Shown: piece after piece, positions 57,445 to 64,000 of the stretch
Layout: each line of letters opens with the position of its first letter
Position numbering within the stretch: position 1 is the stretch's first letter
NCBI GenBank assembly: GCA_002245135.1
Contig: NGBS01000878.1
Span: forward strand, 124,001 to 188,000
Source: Proteromonas lacertae
Taxonomy: Eukaryota
Length of the DNA: 64,000 bases
Reading direction: 5' to 3'
The notes under the pieces: generated by a model
Seen by the model: the letters and a program-made list of their open reading frames with translations, nothing else
What the model was told of the DNA's origin: nothing
Database searches by the model: none
Position numbers and translations under genes: made by a program

Positions 57445-57492
57445 TGTCTCGCGCGATAAAGAAATTTGCGCGATAAAGGAGTTATAAACTTT
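57445..57492 (+). repeat. Left terminal inverted repeat
   Basis: tgtctcgcgcgataaagaaatttgcgcgataaaggagttataaacttt. Confidence 0.95.
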
Positions 57493-58231
57493 CCTTTGAA
57501 ACTAATACTATATTTACAATATATACTACGTATACTTTACATATCATATGTTATATATACGATTTATGTTAAATGAGGCGATATCAGACAATAGAGTAGC
57601 ATATATCATATTATAACATATATCAAAACTCCTTATATTAACTATGTATATTATGAAATATTATTATATAAATCAATTTTGATGTTGAGAAAATTTAAAA
57701 AATAAGATCAAATTCCTTTTATTTTTTACCCCCATATTTTTGTTCAAAAATTAAAATTTCTTTTTATTAAGAAATATTTTAGTACTTCTAAATATATGTG
57801 TAGATTAATATTGCTGTAACATACTTATTAGGTAAATAAAAAAGAAGAGTTATAAATAGTTGTAAGTATCATTTTTACAATTCTGTAATAATATCATTAG
57901 AATAGTTCATTTATGAATTTTCTATTGTAATAATATCTTGTTATTCTTATTTTCCTATTCAAAGTGTTTAATCAAATAATAGAGGAAGTAAAAAGAAAAT
58001 TTCAAATTTGCTATATTCTTATATATTTATTATTTTCTCTATTATTTATATTACAAATAAACTTTTGTTTATGATTATGAATGTTTATAAAGTCGTTAAG
58101 TATTGTTAATTATTGTAATTCAATATATTAATTAGATATTATATTTTATTATTTCATTTTTAAACTGTAATAACAATATTGTATAACAAAAGTGATTATG
58201 AATGAGGTAATTATTATATCGTTACTGAGAT

Positions 58232-59129
58232 TTAAAAACGATGTAAGGTATTCTTTTGGTAATTTTTGTAAAACTTAGCTTTTTCTTCCAACAGTCAGTT
58301 TACTCATAGCAGAGAATAAATCTTCTATAAAATAATCAATATTAAAACTCTCTATATTCTATATTTCATCTATCCTTATGTTTTTCATTCTACATCCCAA
58401 ATAAAAGAGGGTGTAATACCCACAATTTACTTTATCACGATTACTTTGTTTCACATTAGTTTCCATAATTTGGTAGCTTAATTCCACGTTACTCTCAAAA
58501 AATCTGTATATTCTATAGATAATATTATCTCTTGCATCATTATAATCCCCTCTATAAATGTTTAAGCTGTCATAGATATAATATTTAATATATTTATTAC
58601 TGTTATATTTCACTTCAAATAACGACCAATGTTGATAATCTTTGTCGCATACTGGGAAAAAATATATACCATCGTTCTTTATTTTACTTAATAAACGTAA
58701 TTGTTCATCACTTTTATATATATTACCTGGATCTATTACATTATCATTACACTGATTAATGAAGTGTATATAAAACACTAGATCTTCTGATTTTAATCTC
58801 TCTTTTAATAATAGATGATTAACTATAATATTAAATTGTCTTAAGAAACAGTTCTTTTGTTTACCTTTTAGTGATATTGTATTATAATTGTATGGATTTA
58901 TAATTAATCTAACAAAATTTAATGTATTTTCTTCATTGCGTGAATAGAATAGAGAATCACCATCATCATCATCATGTATATTGACGTAAAAACAGGACAA
59001 CTTCAGTCTGTACGATTTATATTCTAATAGTTTAGAGATATATTCTCTTAGCAAATCGCTCATTAGAATAACATCTAACTCCAATACTTCAATATTGTTG
59101 TAATCAGAATTCATAATCATAAATGTCAC
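58232..59129 (-). CDS. Ulp1/C48-like cysteine protease domain carried by the transposon
   Basis: FFPVC..QHWSLF, YYIYDSL and QSNRDKVNCGYY give the His-Asp-Gln-Cys set. A TAG at 58359 interrupts a frame that otherwise stays open to ~58232. Confidence 0.8.
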
Positions 59130-59270
59130 AGTAGCAGCAATATCTGTGCTTCTGGAAAATTGTTCCTAACATTTATTATATTTATTTCATATTTACTTAG
59201 ATTTGATATATATGAGGATATATATTTAAGATCTGTATTATAGTCATATGTATTAATTGAATCATATATT

Positions 59271-61030
59271 TTAATCATCCCTATTATCCTTTTCTATCAT
59301 AATTAAATAGCATCGATGTGATTTAATTAATATGCTCATACTTTTATTATTATATAATAACATATTGTTACTTAATAGATTAATGTCATTAAAATCATAA
59401 AATTGAAGTATATACCATATCTGATATATATTTAACTCCTTTTTTCCTATTTTATCTCTTACTTTTATCACATTTTCTAATTGTTCTTCAGTCAAAGTAT
59501 CTTTACCATCATATTCAGAGGTAATTTTTCCAAATATGCTATAAACTGCATTTTTAGAAGGATGTCTAATGATATCTGATAGAATTTTTGGTTGTATCAG
59601 TTTTCTTTTCTTTTTCTGAGGATTAACCTATTTAATAAAATAATAATAATAATACTAATTGAATATCCATTTTTCTTTTTAGTTTTTCTTGAAGATCAGT
59701 TGATATAGGAATGACTTCCACTGCCGATGAATTAGTCAATCTTATTTCGTTATCTTTGTTACTATGTTAATTATTAATATACAAATCTATACACTGCATA
59801 TAATGAATCATTATTTTTGTTCTTTTTGATAATTCTGAACTCATTTTTATCTTTTTGATTTTTTATTTTCTTAGTAAAAACAATTGCATTGCCATGCTGG
59901 GGGTTTGATACTTTTTCACTCAACTTTTTAATCGAATTCATTACCATCTTACTATTTTTTTTCTCTATTCTAATATTAACAGATTGTTTGATATTATCTA
60001 TTACTGACTTATTCCTATTAATATCTTTATTTATTTTTTCATCATTTATTTCTTCATTGTCAATGTTATAACCATAATCTACATTATTATTACTTATATT
60101 GTAAAATAATTTTGGGTTTTCTTTTTGTAGTTCTTCTACATCCATAAAAAAAAGACTTCTTGGCTTGCAATGTGTTGTTGAAGAAATCGAAGTATTCATA
60201 TCTTCAATTATATTTTCTATAAATTCTGTCCATTCATGACCCTCATTTTCAGATAAGTAACCATCTACTAAGCGTTCTATAACTTGATTATAACGTTCAA
60301 CCTTACCATTCGTTTGAGGATGGTAAGGCGAGCTTGTTAATCTTTTTGGTATGATAATCTGCCATTAATTCATTCAATATACTGTTGACAAACTCAGGTC
60401 CGTTATCAGATTGAATAATTGATGGGGCACCGAAAATTCGTATATAACTTTTAATATTTTCTGCTGTTTCTTTGGCACTTTTTGTCTTTTGACAATAAAT
60501 CATAATAAAACTACTATAATGATCAATAATAGATAAAAGAAATTTTTCATTTGAATGATATTTGCTCATATTTATTAAATCAATCAGTATCCTTTCTCTT
60601 GGTGCATGAGATATGATTGGTTGTATTGGATTACTACGACTAATCTTCTTAATTTTGTGACAAACAGCACATGCATTTAAATAGATCCTAATCATGTCTC
60701 TTGTTATACCAAAATATTTTGCATCACAATTTATATATTGCATCATGAAACGCTCTCTTCTATGCCCATGAGATCTATGAATATCATCCAATATATCAAA
60801 ACTTTCTTCCAATTTCACTACCAACTTATCTTCGAAGTAGAGTTTATTATTCTCGACTTTATACTTTTTAAGTTTGTAATAAGTAATGTTATTCAAATAT
60901 TTGTCATACTTTTTCTGATCAAATGTCCATGTGTTTGTACCACTTAAGCATAATTTATCTATTTCTTCGTAATAGTGTTTGACATGATCAGCTCTAAGCA
61001 ATGTATCAAGATCTTCATCAGATGACCTAA
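59271..61030 (-). CDS. Retroviral-type (rve) DDE integrase/transposase with an H2C2 zinc finger; intron-containing and frameshifted
   Basis: H(rshg)H..CavC, RILIDL, IIDHYS and QSDNGPEF, then SPYHPQTNGKVER after a +1 shift near 60335. Introns at ~59792-59762 and ~59655-59628. Confidence 0.88.
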
Positions 61031-62007
61031 TTATAAATATAGAATAATAAGTAAATAAAAGATATATAGGCTAATAAAGATTAGAACAATTTTGTAGATT
61101 TCAATCACATTTTCTTGCATAACCTAAATAATGAGTAAATTGTTATTTTACCAATAAAATTACTCAAATTGTCTGATAATATTCTATCTTCCCATGGTTT
61201 TGTTTCTGGATCTCTCATGTTCATATTATAACATAAATCTAGGAATGATAATTGCAACTATCAGTTTGATGGATTATATGGGGTAGTTTTCTTCATTTAA
61301 CGTGAATAGACTAACGCCTTAAACAGCATAACCCCACTAGAGTAATTACAGAATATATTGCCATATTTGATGTAAATTCCTTTCAGTTATACAAATATAT
61401 CAAATAACAAATATATATATATATATATATATAGACTTACATTTTATAAGATATAAATTTGAAAAGTTTGATATGTGCTTGACATCAAATAAAATATTTT
61501 TCTTTAATGCTTAATTACATAATAGACTAAAATATATTATATCTCTATATTATAGTATATTCAATTTTTCTATATTTTTTCCCTGGTAATATAAGCTCAT
61601 TGCGCTTAGATTTCAAGATACTTGATATTTACGCTTGATATAAGACCTAAATACAAAACAATCACATCTACAATTTAATAATATTCTTATATTACAATAA
61701 TCTAAACATATACTTTTAAAATTACAAAAAAAGAAAAGAACTTGAGAAAAAATTTGAAAATTGAAAAAATAATTCAAAGAGTATAATTCTTAATTCCTGT
61801 ATAACTGATACATTTTTTCTATGCATCATCTAATGAAATTAATATTATATTTTATATATAAGTCAATTTTACTATTTAATAATAGTGTTTTCTTTTCATA
61901 TTATGAAAGTTTTTATATGTCAAAAAAAGTAGTTTCTATAGCAAACTAACAATATATATACTTAAAACATAGGACTTATATTACGATTATAATGCTACAT
62001 TTTCATA

Positions 62008-62055
62008 AAAGTTTATAACTCCTTTATCGCGCAGATTTCTTTATCGCGCGCGACA
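62008..62055 (-). repeat. Right terminal inverted repeat
   Basis: The reverse complement reads tgtcgcgcgcgataaagaaatctgcgcgataaaggagttataaacttt. Confidence 0.95.
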
Positions 62056-63178
62056 GGTATGTCATAACAATTCAATTTATAATAGTTTTAATAAGTTATG
62101 TTACTAGTAGGTTAATAAACAATAGAAAATATGATATAATTAGTATTGATGGAAGAGCTAGAGCTGGTTGCATAATAACAGCAATAGAATTAATAAAGAA
62201 TAAAGGAGGAATATTACTTTTGGATAACTCAGAAAGGAATAGATATAAACTTGCGATTAATTAAATACCAAAAAAATGGAATAGATATGATTTCAAATAT
62301 GATAATGGTGTAGTATCAATGTGGATAACTCGTTAATTTACAATATCTTTGATCGATAATTCGTTAAAGATATTATAATAGTAAATATATTACTTAATTT
62401 GTTATAACCAATCTTTAACGAAGAATGAACATCTTAAATACTCTTTATTTAATACAATTTGTCTATCAATATTACTTAAATAATTAAATTATCATGTTGT
62501 AACTGATAAATATAATTTCTTTAATTTATATTAATTTGTATTGACTCAATAATTGTGGTTTATATATAGTCATTACTACAACTTAAACAAACATTAATCT
62601 ACAACTGAGATAAATTACTATTAAATCTTTCGCCTTATATATATACAAAAATACATCAGCTGAGATGAAAAAATCGATGTAAAGGTAATCAAAAATGGAA
62701 AAATAAAAATTGATTTCAAGCCTCTTTCAAGCCTGCATTTTCAATTTCAATATTAAGTATTAAGAAATTTAAGTTATTATATTCTATTTATTTAAAAACC
62801 ATAATCTCGTTTTCTTCTATTGCTATTGACGTATAATATGAAGTATAAACAAACAGTGTTATATATATTAATGATTAACCAGAACAATACGATATATAGC
62901 CAACGTAACTTTTTTGAGAAACTAAGTGTATATTTGTAACTAAGAGTCATTACGGAAATGTCAAACTTGATGGCTCATACAAGTATTATGAAATTCAGTA
63001 ACTTTTAATTAGAACAATCTGTAAAGCTGTAACTTGTGTTAAATATACCTATATCGATAAATCATTCTCATACTTTCTTTTATTTTCAAGAGTTTGGCAG
63101 TTAGTTTCAGGATGAATACTCAAACTATATGAAAGTAAAATTAATTATTTAAGGCTATGGAATGTATGGTTAATAATA

Positions 63179-63415
63179 TTGATAATTTTATCGAATATCT
63201 ATAATAAGTATATTACTTATCTAGAATTATATTCTATATTGCCTATTTTATTTACACTTCTATTATTAAAAGAGAATAATAAAAGTAATAGGATATTGGA
63301 ATTAATTATAGTTATAAAAAGTTTAGTAATATTTATATTATCTCTTTTAGTGTATAGATTAATTGAAAAATCATTTCGCTGCATTATAGGATTATATAAA
63401 TTTTATAGCAACTAA
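63179..63415 (+). pseudogene. Possible fragment of an acyltransferase-3 (OafA-like) membrane protein
   Basis: Hydrophobic helices ending LSLLVYRLIEKSFR resemble the last TM of AT3 proteins; no intact gene. Confidence 0.3.
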
Positions 63416-64000
63416 AAGCTATTAATCAAAGATATGATGATTAATAAACAATATAATTCTTAAGATGTGTTGATTAGATTTTATATTTTTAATATCTCAA
63501 TATGCCAAAATATATGGATGGAAAATATTACAGAGATGGATGAACAAACAGAAACGTAAGAAGTTTATTTACCAAAAATTTCATCAATAATATACAATAA
63601 TTTCTCGTAACCCACAAGAAATAATATTTCATAAATAACATACTTTCGAGAAAGTTGCATAATAACACCTCCCTTTAGATTAAGTGAATTGAAAGGGAAA
63701 ATAATGATTAAACAAATTGACTTTTCAGAAATCTACATTGTATGTATTGGATTCCACAAAAAGATCCTCACTATCAACATTGCAAAAAATGTTAACTAGA
63801 ATAATATACAATGAAATAGTATTATGTTTAGAAATACTTACTCATTAATTCAATTGTTTATTATTTTATTTTTACTATATTATTATTCTTATAAATATGA
63901 TATAATTAATATTTATATAGGAAATTCATTTAAAAATTACTATCATTTACCTAACAAAACAATACAATGTAAATATAAAAGAAGAATATATAAATGTACA

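Larger units (their letters stand above)
57445..62055 (-). mobile_element. Ginger/TDD-like cut-and-paste DNA transposon (4611 bp) with integrase and Ulp1-type protease
   Basis: 48-bp TIRs (57445-57492 and 62008-62055, 2 mismatches) with TGT...ACA ends, flanked by GGTAT at 57440-57444 and 62056-62060. Confidence 0.92.
56966..62336 (+). pseudogene. Class I SAM-dependent methyltransferase (bacterial-like), split by a transposon and carrying stops
   Basis: The 5' half reads EPWIS..LEWSSG*STIWLA..ISVEH..W..EDSLEV (to 57444). The 3' half from 62056 reads CHNN..KYDIISIDGRARAGC..KGGILLLDNSERNRY..*IP..WITR*. Premature stops at 57291 and 62262. Confidence 0.8.

Noticed and set aside
57445..62055. LTR retrotransposon or Polinton
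   Set aside because: The ends are inverted rather than direct repeats; there is no gag, RT, RNase H, PolB, ATPase or capsid; and the element is only 4.6 kb.

Overview
This is a very AT-rich, gene-dense eukaryotic window. Its genes are split by tiny (~25-40 nt) GT(A/T)..TAG spliceosomal introns and separated by very short intergenic gaps, an architecture resembling a Blastocystis/Opalinata-type gut stramenopile (taxon is inference only). Recognisable core genes are RING1/RNF2, crooked-neck (CRNKL1), VPS35L, a C19 deubiquitinase, beta-adaptin, NIF3, PFK2/FBPase2, a LARP4-like gene, an LYR protein, a class I aminotransferase, Mot1/BTAF1, RlmE/MRM2, a SHIPPO-repeat protein and a PH-CaMK kinase. 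Accessory content includes a four-domain GILT thiol reductase, two bacterial-like DUF6512 genes, two GT31 glycosyltransferases, a TPR gene built from identical-length phase-0 exon cassettes, and degenerate kinase/LRR sequences. The most striking element is a complete 4.6-kb Ginger/TDD-like DNA transposon (57445-62055). It has 48-bp TGT...ACA terminal inverted repeats, a 5-bp GGTAT target-site duplication, an intron-containing retroviral-type integrase and a downstream Ulp1-type cysteine protease, and it is inserted in a bacterial-like methyltransferase gene. A recurrent TCAAGC/TCAAAC (YCAAR-repeat) motif sits just upstream of many start codons. Several single-base frameshifts may be assembly errors. 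All family calls come from visual motif recognition; no database search was run.
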